Assembly (NCBI GenBank): GCA_963787255.1
Contig: CAWBCJ010000028.1
Span: 1 to 18,992, forward strand
Reading direction: 5' to 3'
Origin: Methanobacteriota archaeon
GTDB taxonomy: Archaea; Methanobacteriota; Methanobacteria; Methanobacteriales; Methanobacteriaceae
DNA length: 18,992 bases
The notes below the pieces were generated by a model. That model was not told where the DNA came from and did no database searches. It saw only the letters and a list, made by a program, of their open reading frames with translations. Numbering within the stretch: position 1 is the stretch's first letter; each line of letters opens with the position of its first letter. Shown in pieces: positions 1 to 8,693 of the stretch. The position numbers and the translations under genes are program-made.

Positions 1-123
1 TACCAGATCACCGTCTTTAACCTTATCAACGATCATGGAAATCTTTTCCATACTTGTTCGCTTTTTTAGTGCATCTGAGGAAAGAAAATCCATTTTTAGA
101 GCATTTGGTTCTGTACTATCCAT
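1..123 (-). CDS. DUF2073 family protein (OapB/ArvB-like), 3' end runs off the window
   Basis: Not in the ORF track. Manual translation from ATG at 123 gives [41 protein letters not shown], resembling the DUF2073 N-terminus (S-x-EKI-xx-I-x-D-x-V-x-x-G-x-I-V). It starts 14 bp after the GTPase stop, the known oapA-oapB order. Confidence 0.8.
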   Translation of the reverse strand, partial: MDSTEPNALKMDFLSSDALKKRTSMEKISMIVDKVKDGDLV

Positions 124-137
124 TTTAAAACCCCTAA

Positions 138-773
138 TTAATTAAATTTATCAACCATTGCCTGATAAGAATCGGCTGTGTTTTCTCCGTGTAATGCTGA
201 AATAGGTACAACTGTATGTTGTGGAAAAACAGAAGTGATTCTTTCAGAGGAAGCTTCAGGAAGGTCAATTTTATTGGCTACGATAACAAATGGTATTTTA
301 CGTGCTTCAAGATTGCCCATTATTGTAATGTTTGCTTGAGTTAAGGGATCTTGTGTGGCGTCTACAACCAAAAGCACACCTGTAACATCATCTAACCATT
401 TTATAGCCTCAATAATTCCTTTTGTAGCTTCTTTTGCTCTTTCTTTTGCTTCTTCTTCTGATAAACCAAATTCAAGGAAATTTTTATAATCTATCTTAGT
501 TGCTATTCCTGGAGTGTCAACAATATCAAAGTCGAGTTCAACTCCACCATATTCAATTTGAACACGTTCTTGTCTGTAAACACGTCTAGTTTCATGAGGA
601 ATCTCTGATACAAGGCCTAATGGTTTACCAATCCAGTCATTTGTCATTGTATTTGCTAGTGTTGTTTTACCAGAATTTGGGTGTCCGTACAAACCTATTT
701 TTAGTTTTTTATCCTTGCCAATAAGCTTGTTGAAGATGTTTTTAAAAAAGCTACGTCTGAAGAATTTCCGCAT
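138..773 (-). CDS. Era-like small GTPase (OapA/ArvA family)
   Basis: G1 GHPNSGKT, G2 region PHETR, G3 DTPG, G4 NKID, G5 SAL. Contains the family-typical '[16 protein letters not shown]' segment and precedes a DUF2073 gene. ATG at 773 (MRKFF) with GAGTGAT upstream is preferred over the ORF-track start at 791. Confidence 0.88.
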   Translation of the reverse strand: MRKFFRRSFFKNIFNKLIGKDKKLKIGLYGHPNSGKTTLANTMTNDWIGKPLGLVSEIPHETRRVYRQERVQIEYGGVELDFDIVDTPGIATKIDYKNFLEFGLSEEEAKERAKEATKGIIEAIKWLDDVTGVLLVVDATQDPLTQANITIMGNLEARKIPFVIVANKIDLPEASSERITSVFPQHTVVPISALHGENTADSYQAMVDKFN

Positions 774-1176
774 GTTTATCACTCTTATCAACTCACAATG
801 ATTAAGACATTAGACCATAAGAATATACTTAATCATCTAATGGTATTATTATTCTCCTTTATGAATCCCACTGTACCATTCTTGTTTATTAGTTAAACCT
901 TAGGGTTTATATAAGTTCTGTTTTTGACCCTTAACATAATACCATATCTTCAATAGTATTTTGGAGACTTGATCACATTAGAGGTTATAGTTAAACTATA
1001 CCAACAAAAGTTGATGAGATTAGGATGTTATTCATTTATCTGTTTTAATAGATTATGAATAAAATAAGAAATTAAATCCATTAAAATAAAAATAGATATT
1101 CTTGATAAAAATCTTCTCTCCCGAATATGAATAGTAATATTTAATACATTAGTAAAATGAGAAAATTTTAAGAAGT

Positions 1177-1878
1177 TTATTCTTTGTAACTATCACCAGG
1201 ATTTAATATTACTAACTTCAACATTTCTATTTGACTTTCTAACCATATCAGAATATTCCAGTGGGTTTTGCTCTATAGCCGGGTATGTGTTGTAGTGCAT
1301 TGGAATTATTATCTCTCGGATTTATCCATTCTGCAGCTATTGCAGCTTCAAATGGACCCATTGTATAACGATCCCCTATAGGCAACATTGCTATATTCCG
1401 GATGATATATATGACTAATCACTTATCGCATGTCAGAAAATATTCCTGTGTCTCCTGCATGATATATTTTCCTTCCGTTTTCCAGTTCTAATATGAAACC
1501 AGCCGCACTTCCACCTGCATTTACCTCTTCAATAAAGTCCATATCAGAGGAGTGTAGTGAATTTACCATGGTGATTTTAATATCCTGAATATTTACTGTT
1601 CCGCCTATGTTCATTCCTAATGTTTCAAAACCCAGTTTAGAGAGGTAGACGGAGAGTTCATGATTGCAGCTACAATTGGCTCCTGTTCTGTTGGCAATTT
1701 CCATTGTATCTCCAAAGTGATCTGCATGACCATGTGAAACCAGTATAACATCTGCATACAGTTCTTCGACTGTGACAGGAGATAATGGATTGTTGCTTAT
1801 AAATGGATCGATTAGAATCCTTAGATTTTCATCTGTAGTTATAAGAAATGCTGAGTGTCCTAGCCAAGTAATATTCAT
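1177..1878 (-). CDS. UPF0173 family metal-dependent hydrolase (metallo-beta-lactamase fold), frameshifted in this sequence
   Basis: ORF 1423-1878 has WLGHS, LIDPF, SHGHADH, H-S-S and YHAGDT. The C-terminus continues in other frames: [50 protein letters not shown] (stop at 1177). Confidence 0.9.
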
Positions 1879-3158
1879 TTTTTAATCTCCATGTCAACAT
1901 CCTTTGAAATGCCCCATGCATCTTCAAATAGTCTTTCAATTTCTTCAATGGATTTCTGATCCTTGTACATTACACCCACCTCAAAACTTTCATAGATCGG
2001 ATCTGTGGATATTATAAGCCCATTATTGTTGTCCGATACAACAGCAACTGTGTGTATGTGAGGCATTGTTCTTATTTCAACATTATTTTCCATAAGAAGT
2101 CTAATTAATTCAACCGATGTATCATCGTCCAAGCTAGCTTCCTGTATTATCATTCTGCTCTCTGTGTCCATGAATTTTTTCAGTATCGAAACGTCTATGT
2201 TCCTGATCCAAGGATACATCATCAATATTTTGTTATCTGCCTTGGAGATTGTGTCTTTTAAAGCTTCCTGCACATCACCAGCATCGAAGGACCATATTAT
2301 GCTAGGCTCCTGTGATTCGGATTTTAAAGTATCGAGTGTTCCCTTAAATGAATCCAGTCTTTCATCGATTATACTCTCAATATCCTTGGAATTTTTTATG
2401 TAGTTCTCCTTCAAACGGTCCAGCCTGTTTTTAACATATTCCTGTTCATCCTTTTTATTTAATTTACCAGATTTCAACTTGGAAATATCAATGTGCTTAG
2501 GAACCGGTCTGGTTTTCTCTTGTTCCGCTGGTTTTTCAGGTGTAGACTCCTTTAAAAGTACAGGTTTAATTGGAGAATCATCCTCCTTTGTTTTGAAACC
2601 CTTAAAAAGAGGTGCCTTCTTAGGTTCTTCCTTCGAAAATTCTGGAGGAGTAGTTGTTTTCACTTCCTTGTGAGCTAACTCTTCAGAAGATGGTTTTTTA
2701 ACCTTTTTTGGGATTGGTCTTGAAGTAACAGGGGTTATTTTCTTCATGGGCTCTTCTTCTTTAAGTTTTTCAGATATAGTTTTTTTCACAGGAGATACCG
2801 GTGGCCTTGATTTCTTAGGAGATACAGCTGGCCTTGGTTTTTTGGGATTAATTTTTTGTGAGGTCTTTGCTGGGGGTTTAATATTTTTACCAATACTCTC
2901 GATTGGACCCTTTTTTGCCTTTCCAGTAACTGGTTTAGGTGCCATTTTAGGAATCTTCTTCCTTGGTTTGGATGATTTTGAACTTGAAAGATCAACTTTA
3001 CTAGCAAAGAATACCATTAAAATAATACCAAAAACAGAAGAACACAATCCCCCAAAGAAAAGTCCAAAGTTTGGTGGAGTTGAAAATCCAAATGACATCC
3101 CATAAAACCCGACAATAAGCAAAAGTCCCCCGAAAACCGTGACGAGTAAATTGATCAT
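1875..3158 (-). CDS. Membrane-anchored protein: 2 N-terminal TM helices, Lys/Pro-rich linker, coiled coil, C-terminal PLD-like domain with degenerate HKD motif
   Basis: Intact 427-aa ORF with GGAGGT SD at 3164-3169. The C-terminal '[15 protein letters not shown]...[23 protein letters not shown]...FEDAW' follows the PLD-superfamily pattern. Its stop overlaps the hydrolase start (ATGA). Confidence 0.75.
   Translation of the reverse strand: MINLLVTVFGGLLLIVGFYGMSFGFSTPPNFGLFFGGLCSSVFGIILMVFFASKVDLSSSKSSKPRKKIPKMAPKPVTGKAKKGPIESIGKNIKPPAKTSQKINPKKPRPAVSPKKSRPPVSPVKKTISEKLKEEEPMKKITPVTSRPIPKKVKKPSSEELAHKEVKTTTPPEFSKEEPKKAPLFKGFKTKEDDSPIKPVLLKESTPEKPAEQEKTRPVPKHIDISKLKSGKLNKKDEQEYVKNRLDRLKENYIKNSKDIESIIDERLDSFKGTLDTLKSESQEPSIIWSFDAGDVQEALKDTISKADNKILMMYPWIRNIDVSILKKFMDTESRMIIQEASLDDDTSVELIRLLMENNVEIRTMPHIHTVAVVSDNNNGLIISTDPIYESFEVGVMYKDQKSIEEIERLFEDAWGISKDVDMEIKK
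2791..2844. repeat. 27-bp imperfect tandem duplication within the Lys/Pro linker
   Basis: ggagataccggtggccttgatttctta (2791-2817) vs ggagatacagctggccttggttttttg (2818-2844), 22/27 identical. Encodes (P)KKPRPAVSP / KKSRPPVSP. Confidence 0.75.
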
Positions 3159-3577
3159 CTTTTACCTCCCAATTATATATTTGTACCCATTTTTAGTTAT
3201 TACAGTGATCATAAATAATCCACAGTTGTAAATTTGATCGTAAACTCTAGATAATAACTATACTTTTTAATGTATAATATTATCTATTTACTATTTAAAA
3301 GTAAGTTATCTCGATTACTTGGAATTATAATACGATCAACCTCGCATAAAATGAGGGTAGACGAAAAATGGAAAAAAGAATATGTCCCAATATTGTCAAA
3401 GCATAGATCAGTTATTGATCGTCCTTGCAAAAGTGCTGATTAATATCATGACCAATTGGGATAGAATAGAAGATTTTAAAATATTTTTTAACACCCAACA
3501 TTTTAGAACTTCAGTATTTAGGATTGTAAAATTTCATTAAGTGAGAAAATAAATAAGACGTTACGAAAAAGCTTGTT

Positions 3578-4723
3578 TTAATCCTTAGCATGTTCTATTA
3601 TAATTTTAACAGCTTCTTCGGTCCCATTGTAATTTGAAAACTTCTCCTTTACGATTTCGGCCCTATTAACAATGTCAGGATCTCTTAGTAGCTTGTTTAT
3701 ATCTGCAGCAATTTCTTCTGGACCCAATTTTTTTATATCCTCAACAATGGATATGCCATACTTTTCAATGTTGACGGTATTTTTAAACTGTTCAGGATGG
3801 TTATCTATTGGAACAATGATATTTGGAATTCCAAGGGACATGACCTCCATGATAGTTGTGTGGCCAGCAAGACTCACAATCACATCCGATATTTTCATCC
3901 AGTCCATCATATTACCTAAAAACTTCTTTTTCACTATTCTGTTAGATTCGGGTATGAAATCTGCTTCTATCTGGGGTCCTGTTACAATTATTATTCTGTC
4001 ACAGTCGATTAAGGCCGATGCATCGCATATTAACTTCAATAACTCGATTCCAAAGTCGCTTCCCCCGACTGTAACAAGTACTATGCTCTCAGAATCTTCA
4101 AATCCTAATTCCCTTCTTAGAATCTTCTTGCTGGGCATTTTCTGAGGCTCCTCTTTAAGAAATGGTCCTGTATGGACAACTAAGTCGCTGAGCTTTGGAG
4201 GTATCTCAGTCGAACCTGGAACATCCGGAACCATTATAACCTTACAAAGATTACAAACATCCTTAACAAACCTTTTAAGACCATTTTCAAGATACTCCAC
4301 AGTTTTTTCTTCAGGGTACAGGTCTGAAAAATTAAGAGTCAACTCGTTGGTTGTCATGACACATGGAACACCGAGTACCTTGGCTGTTATTGGAACAGAG
4401 AAATGGGAATCTGCCAGTATGAGATCTGGTTTAAATTTTTTAATGATCTTGGATTCATGGTATATGCTTTTTAGAAAGATGAATGGAGCATCAATCGATT
4501 TTCTTGCGGTATATTTAATGTCAAGCTCCCCTTCATCTCCATAAAATTTAATATCCGGAAGTTTCAGTAGTTTGTATTCATGATATGCCTTCAACATTTC
4601 ATATCCAGCACCATAACTAGCAAAGGCAACCTCAACACCGTCTTCTTCCAGTTTCCGGGCAATTGCAACACAGCGCGATGCATGGCCCATACCTATTCCA
4701 CAGGGCATTATCAGTACTTTCAT
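3578..4723 (-). CDS. murG: MurG-like GT28 family (GT-B) glycosyltransferase, candidate pseudomurein or lipid-linked GlcNAc transferase
   Basis: Intact 381-aa ORF. N-terminal G-loop CGIGMGHASR, TVGGS loop, SLAGHTTIMEV and HPEQFKN parallel the MurG motifs GGxGGH, GGS, GAxTxxE and HQxxN. The symbol denotes homology only. Confidence 0.8.
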   Translation of the reverse strand: MKVLIMPCGIGMGHASRCVAIARKLEEDGVEVAFASYGAGYEMLKAYHEYKLLKLPDIKFYGDEGELDIKYTARKSIDAPFIFLKSIYHESKIIKKFKPDLILADSHFSVPITAKVLGVPCVMTTNELTLNFSDLYPEEKTVEYLENGLKRFVKDVCNLCKVIMVPDVPGSTEIPPKLSDLVVHTGPFLKEEPQKMPSKKILRRELGFEDSESIVLVTVGGSDFGIELLKLICDASALIDCDRIIIVTGPQIEADFIPESNRIVKKKFLGNMMDWMKISDVIVSLAGHTTIMEVMSLGIPNIIVPIDNHPEQFKNTVNIEKYGISIVEDIKKLGPEEIAADINKLLRDPDIVNRAEIVKEKFSNYNGTEEAVKIIIEHAKD

Positions 4724-4956
4724 ATCAAAAAATCCTTGAATTAGTATTAATTGGAATAATTAAAATTTAGTTTCATATCAAGAAAATTTGGGAAGAAATT
4801 ATGTAAACTTCTATTCTAAAATGTATAGACTTATGATTAAAAGTAGGTATCGATTTTGTATCATTAAATCTATTTTAACCAAAGTTATTAATATTAAAAA
4901 GTAAAAATAATAATATAATAAAATTATTATATTAAATTATTATTATGAGGGGTTTA

Positions 4957-5133
4957 ATGAGTTTTTTAAACGATGAACATGGACAGGGAGCAGCAGAATA
5001 TATATTACTATTTGGAGGAGTAATTGTTATTGCAATAGCTACACTATCAATATATAGAAGCTACTTCGACCCGGGTATTTCACCATTCAACAGTAATGAG
5101 GATGTACTCAAACTCAGGGCAAGTATAAAATAA
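4957..5133 (+). CDS. Class III signal peptide (type IV pilin-like, DUF361-type) small protein 1
   Basis: MSFLNDEHG|[24 protein letters not shown]: short leader, G|Q cleavage site, Glu at +5, hydrophobic helix. ATG at 4957 follows GAGGGG; the ORF track starts at 4945. Confidence 0.85.
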   Translation: MSFLNDEHGQGAAEYILLFGGVIVIAIATLSIYRSYFDPGISPFNSNEDVLKLRASIK

Positions 5134-5187
5134 TCATTTTTATGAATCAATCGAGATCAATATAATTATGGATAATACTTTTTCATT

Positions 5188-5751
5188 TTAAATCTGTGAT
5201 TCCATAATTTTTATGATATCCCCAAATAGATCTGTTGATCCTTCTTCGTTACTGAGACCCCAAGCAAACTTGTTAATGAGAATTCTTTTTTGATCCTCTG
5301 GCTGGGAGTAGATGTAAAAGATTGTTTTGTTGAATAATGTATCTACATCCTCCACCATTTGAAATGAACCTCGGGATTTCAAATCTTCGATCTTGTTTCT
5401 GAAGTTCCTTTTCAATTTAGATGATGCATTTCTAACCTCATTAGAATCGTTACTTTCCAACTGTTTAATGAGAGTTTCAATTTCAACAAAATCAGTTTTC
5501 ATAAGTCCAAAAACAATCCCATCGGGTTTAATAGACTGAATTCTCTTAACATCCTCGTAAATACTGAAATCATAGTTGGTTATATAAATCTTTTTTTCCT
5601 TCAAAAGACTCATCAATGATTCATTTAGGGTTTTATCAGATGTTGAACGTTCCGAAACTTTTCGTATATCCTCTAATAATGTCTTTTTAGACAGTTCTCT
5701 TCCATCAAGGCTTTCAAGAATTAGTTCCTTCAGATTATAATTTTTTGGCAT
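5188..5751 (-). CDS. Hypothetical protein with probable N-terminal winged helix-turn-helix domain
   Basis: Intact 187-aa ORF with AGGT upstream. The pattern LKELILESL / SKKTLLEDI / SDKTLNESLMSLLKEKKI-YIT resembles wHTH helices 1-3 plus a wing strand. The fold is inferred. Confidence 0.65.
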   Translation of the reverse strand: MPKNYNLKELILESLDGRELSKKTLLEDIRKVSERSTSDKTLNESLMSLLKEKKIYITNYDFSIYEDVKRIQSIKPDGIVFGLMKTDFVEIETLIKQLESNDSNEVRNASSKLKRNFRNKIEDLKSRGSFQMVEDVDTLFNKTIFYIYSQPEDQKRILINKFAWGLSNEEGSTDLFGDIIKIMESQI

Positions 5752-6168
5752 GGTACCTACACTTTATTTTTATATGTGAATATATGCACAAAGAACTATA
5801 TAAAAAATGTGCTTTTGTGAAATCAGAATATTAAAAAAATCATGGATTAATGTGAGATTAACAAAAATTAAAATTGAAAATTTAAAGAATTTAAAATGTA
5901 ATATGATTTTACAATTTTTATCCAAAAAAATCTTTAATTATATAAATTAATATATCTTTTATTGTTCTTCTTCAAGTATCATTGATTAATCCTACTTGTA
6001 TAGTATCATGTAATTACCAAAATTTGTGAAAATAATCACCAATATTTTATGGTAAAAATTTAATGCTAGTGACCATATAATCAAATTTAAAACAGAGTTT
6101 ACTTGAAAATTTTTCAAAGGGGGATGGTAAACTATTTTGGGTAGATTTGAAGAATAAAATGTAATAAA

Positions 6169-6176
6169 TTTATATA
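6169..6176 (+). promoter_or_regulatory. Archaeal TATA box (TTTATATA) for pilin-like gene 2, with SD AGGAGG at 6211-6216
   Basis: Consensus TTTATATA about 48 bp upstream of ATG 6224, preceded by an A-rich BRE-like stretch and followed by a strong SD. Confidence 0.5.
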
Positions 6177-6223
6177 TTAAAAGAACATAGATTATATATG
6201 TTGATTTTATAGGAGGAAAAAAC

Positions 6224-6405
6224 ATGGAATTTTTAAAAGACGAAGGTGGACAGGGAGCAGCAGAATATATATCTATTGTTTGGTGGAGTAATCGTTATTG
6301 CTATAGCTGCACTATTGATATACCAAGCATACTTCTCTAATACAACAGGTTTGAAAGCTTCAACTGATATAGTGCTGTTAGAGGTAGTCAGTACCTGCAA
6401 CGTAA
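6224..6405 (+). CDS. Class III signal peptide (pilin-like) small protein 2, frameshifted and absent from the ORF track
   Basis: Removing one extra base near 6272 gives MEFLKDEGG|[40 protein letters not shown]. Paralogous to 4957-5133. The 3' end is uncertain (TAA at 6403-6405 or 6417-6419 depending on further indels). Confidence 0.8.
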
Positions 6406-6458
6406 CATCCAGAGTGTAATGAGGATAAACATCTAAACAGATAAAAATGTGGACTTAC

Positions 6459-6633
6459 ATGTTAATGGATGAAAAAGCACAGATAAGCGCCGAGATGATA
6501 CTAATCCTTGGGTGCTATACTGGTACTAGTGATAGTTGCAGGAGGATTTATATTCAATATTTCCCAACAAATTGCTACTAGTCTGGGCAATGTCATCGAT
6601 ACTGCAAGGGACACTACCATTAACAGAATGTAA
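6459..6633 (+). CDS. Class III signal peptide (DUF361 QxSxE-type pilin-like) small protein 3, frameshifted and absent from the ORF track
   Basis: Removing one G in 'cttgggtgct' (about 6510) gives MLMDEKA|[50 protein letters not shown], with stop TAA at 6631-6633. Confidence 0.8.
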
Positions 6634-6646
6634 GTCCACATTCTAT

Positions 6647-6661
6647 ATTTTTTTTATTTTT
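6647..6661 (+). terminator. Oligo-T tract, putative archaeal intrinsic terminator after pilin genes 2-3
   Basis: T9-A-T5 tract starting 13 bp after the stop of pilin-like gene 3. The region is AT-rich, so this is weak evidence. Confidence 0.4.
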
Positions 6662-6880
6662 CGAATTATTCTCACCATATATTACATTCTCTCAAATGGT
6701 CAAATTATAAGAAGATTTAAATTATATCTCCTTCATTTTGCTCAAACATATGTTATAAATATTAGAAATTTATATATAAAAAAATTAAAAAGTGTTCTTT
6801 TTAAATTTTAAGGCAAATACATTAATAATAACTTATATAATAAATTTAAATAATACTAAATTAGAGATTTGTAATAAAAA

Positions 6881-7537
6881 TTGGGTAAAGTGTCAACCTT
6901 GAAAAATATTTTAGGAAATATGAACATGTCAAAATTCAAAAATTTATTTTTTGGAGAAAATTCACCAACTATTGAGAACTCTAAAAATCCTGAAAATGTG
7001 ACCATCGGCCTAAAATACAAAATGCAATCTAAACCTCCAATAATCGGGAAAAATGCACTTATTCGCTCAAATTCAATTATATACAACGATGTGGAAATAG
7101 GAAACAATTTTAAAACGGGACATGCAGTTACTATAAGGGAAAAAACAACTATAGGAGATGATGTCCTTGTTGGAACCAATTCTGTGATAGAAGGACATTG
7201 CTCTATTGGAAATAATGTAAGTATACAATCGAATGTTTACATCCCTACAAATACAATCATTGAGGATTATGTATTCATAGGACCTTGTGCCTGCTTTACT
7301 AATGATAAATATCCTATAAGAGTCAATTTTGATCTTAAAGGGCCGATTATCAAAAAGGGTGCATCCATAGGTGCTAATTCAACCTTTTTATCTAATATAG
7401 AAATAGGTGAAGGTGCAATGGTCGCGGCTGGTGCGATAGTTACAATGGATGTTCCAGAATTTTTCCTAGCTATAGGAGCTCCTGCTAGGATAAAACCCCT
7501 CCCAAAACACTTAAAAAAATTGAATAGGATAAATTAG
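6881..7537 (+). CDS. Hexapeptide-repeat (left-handed beta-helix) sugar N-acetyltransferase, WbpD/WxcM-like
   Basis: Repeated [LIV]Gxxxx hexapeptides (IGKNAL, IGNNFK, IGDDVL, IGNNVS), [22 protein letters not shown], and [10 protein letters not shown]...GAPAR. The true start may be ATG 6920 or 6926. Confidence 0.85.
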   Translation: MGKVSTLKNILGNMNMSKFKNLFFGENSPTIENSKNPENVTIGLKYKMQSKPPIIGKNALIRSNSIIYNDVEIGNNFKTGHAVTIREKTTIGDDVLVGTNSVIEGHCSIGNNVSIQSNVYIPTNTIIEDYVFIGPCACFTNDKYPIRVNFDLKGPIIKKGASIGANSTFLSNIEIGEGAMVAAGAIVTMDVPEFFLAIGAPARIKPLPKHLKKLNRIN

Positions 7538-7553
7538 GAATTTATATTACTTA

Positions 7554-8637
7554 TTAATCAGCTATTTTTTTTAAAATTGAAACTATTGATTCTGAGGCCC
7601 CTTGATTTATAGGGATTTTTATCATTTTAATTTTATCAATTTTTTCCTCATTGTCTAGGAGAATCATTAACAATGCCAATTATTTTTTGATAACTGGTTC
7701 CCAAAAGCAGATTTTTACCCATTTCAACGTATGAAGTCCACTCTGTGTTGTCCCTCATCACTAAACATGGAACATTTAAAACAGCAGCTTCCTCCTGAAT
7801 TCCTCCCGAATCGGTCATAACAAACTTTGAATTGGTTAAAAGTCCCATAAAATCTTTATAACCCAGGGGATCTGTTAATATCACGTTATTCCCCAACTGG
7901 ATTTTATATTCGTTAATAAATTTTCTAGTTCTCAAATGTACCGGAAACAAAACCTTTATCCTTCAGAAATTGTGTTTAAAGCCATTAAAATTTCTTTCAA
8001 ACCTATCATATGTAGTATTTTCCTGCCTGTGAAGTGTAAATAGTATATAATTACTTTTTTCAAGAGAATAATCAACCAATGTTTCTTGATTAAACATGTC
8101 CTTAGCTCTTATACATGCATCTACAGAGGTGTTACCCACCAGATGAACCTTTTCAGATGAAATACATTCAGAATCCGTTAAATTCTGCCATGCGTGCTCA
8201 TCAGGTGCAAATAGATAGTCAGATATATGATCAACCAGAATTCTGTTTATCTCTTCGGGCATTCTTCTGTTGAATGATCTACAGCCTGCTTCAACATGGG
8301 CCACGGGTATTTGGAGTTTTGAGGCTGCCAGTGCTCCTGCAAGTGTTGAATTAGTATCTCCTTGGACAAGAACAATGTCTGGTTTCTCATCCAGAAGTAC
8401 TTCTTCAAGTTTCATTAGCATTTTACCTGTCTGCTGTGCATGGGTTCCAGAACCTATGTTAAGGGTGTAATCACAATCTCGGAGATGTAATTCTTCAAAA
8501 AATATTTTATCCATTTCATATGAATAATGTTGACCTGTATGAATCAAAATTTGATTGAATTCTCTATCCAAAAGAGGTATTAACGTTGAAAGTTTGATTA
8601 TTTCTGGTCTCGTTCCAAAGATGGTTGCTATTTTCAT
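7554..8637 (-). CDS. wecB: UDP-N-acetylglucosamine 2-epimerase (non-hydrolysing, WecB/WbpI family), frameshifted
   Basis: FGTRPEIIK, HTGQHY, QGDTNS, HVEAG, MPEEINR and TLHRQEN in 7963-8637. FPVH and TDSGGIQEEA in 7648-7950. The C-terminus KIPINQGASESIVSILKKIAD* ends at 7554. Confidence 0.92.
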
Positions 8638-8656
8638 TTGTCTCTATGAATATGTG

Positions 8657-8681
8657 GAAAAGAATATATAATAAGCCTTTC
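8657..8681. promoter_or_regulatory. Putative shared bidirectional TATA element between divergent wecB and GT2
   Basis: TATATA at 8665-8670 is centred in a 56-bp gap, about 28 nt from ATG 8637 (-) and about 24 nt from ATG 8694 (+), with purine-rich BRE-like flanks on both strands. Confidence 0.45.
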
Positions 8682-8693
8682 TGAATGATTATC

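Noticed and set aside
792-1176. Possible replication origin upstream of the oapA-like gene, by analogy with haloarchaea
   Set aside because: AT-rich, but no repeated ORB or mini-ORB boxes and no orc1/cdc6 in the window. The short inverted repeat TAAACC-n4-GGTTTA (894-909) is too weak.
2164-3105. ORFs 2164-2403, 2479-2673, 2746-3105 (+) and 2786-3007 (-)
   Set aside because: Antisense or alternate-frame shadows of the 427-aa gene, with no motifs.
3200-3233. Mini-ORB-like words (ttacagtga, ccacagttgtaaat)
   Set aside because: Only one or two imperfect matches, as expected by chance.
3672-4544. Plus-strand ORFs 3672-4145 and 4347-4544
   Set aside because: Antisense to the MurG-like gene.
4911-4934. 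24-bp palindrome TAATATAATA-AAAT-TATTATATTA upstream of pilin 1
   Set aside because: Made only of A/T in a nearly GC-free stretch, so it is weak statistically, and no clear copy lies upstream of pilin 2.
5992-6225. 77-aa minus-strand ORF
   Set aside because: AT-rich promoter DNA of pilin 2 with no SD or motif.
6536-6811. 91-aa plus-strand ORF
   Set aside because: Out-of-frame overlap with pilin 3, running into its terminator and intergenic DNA.
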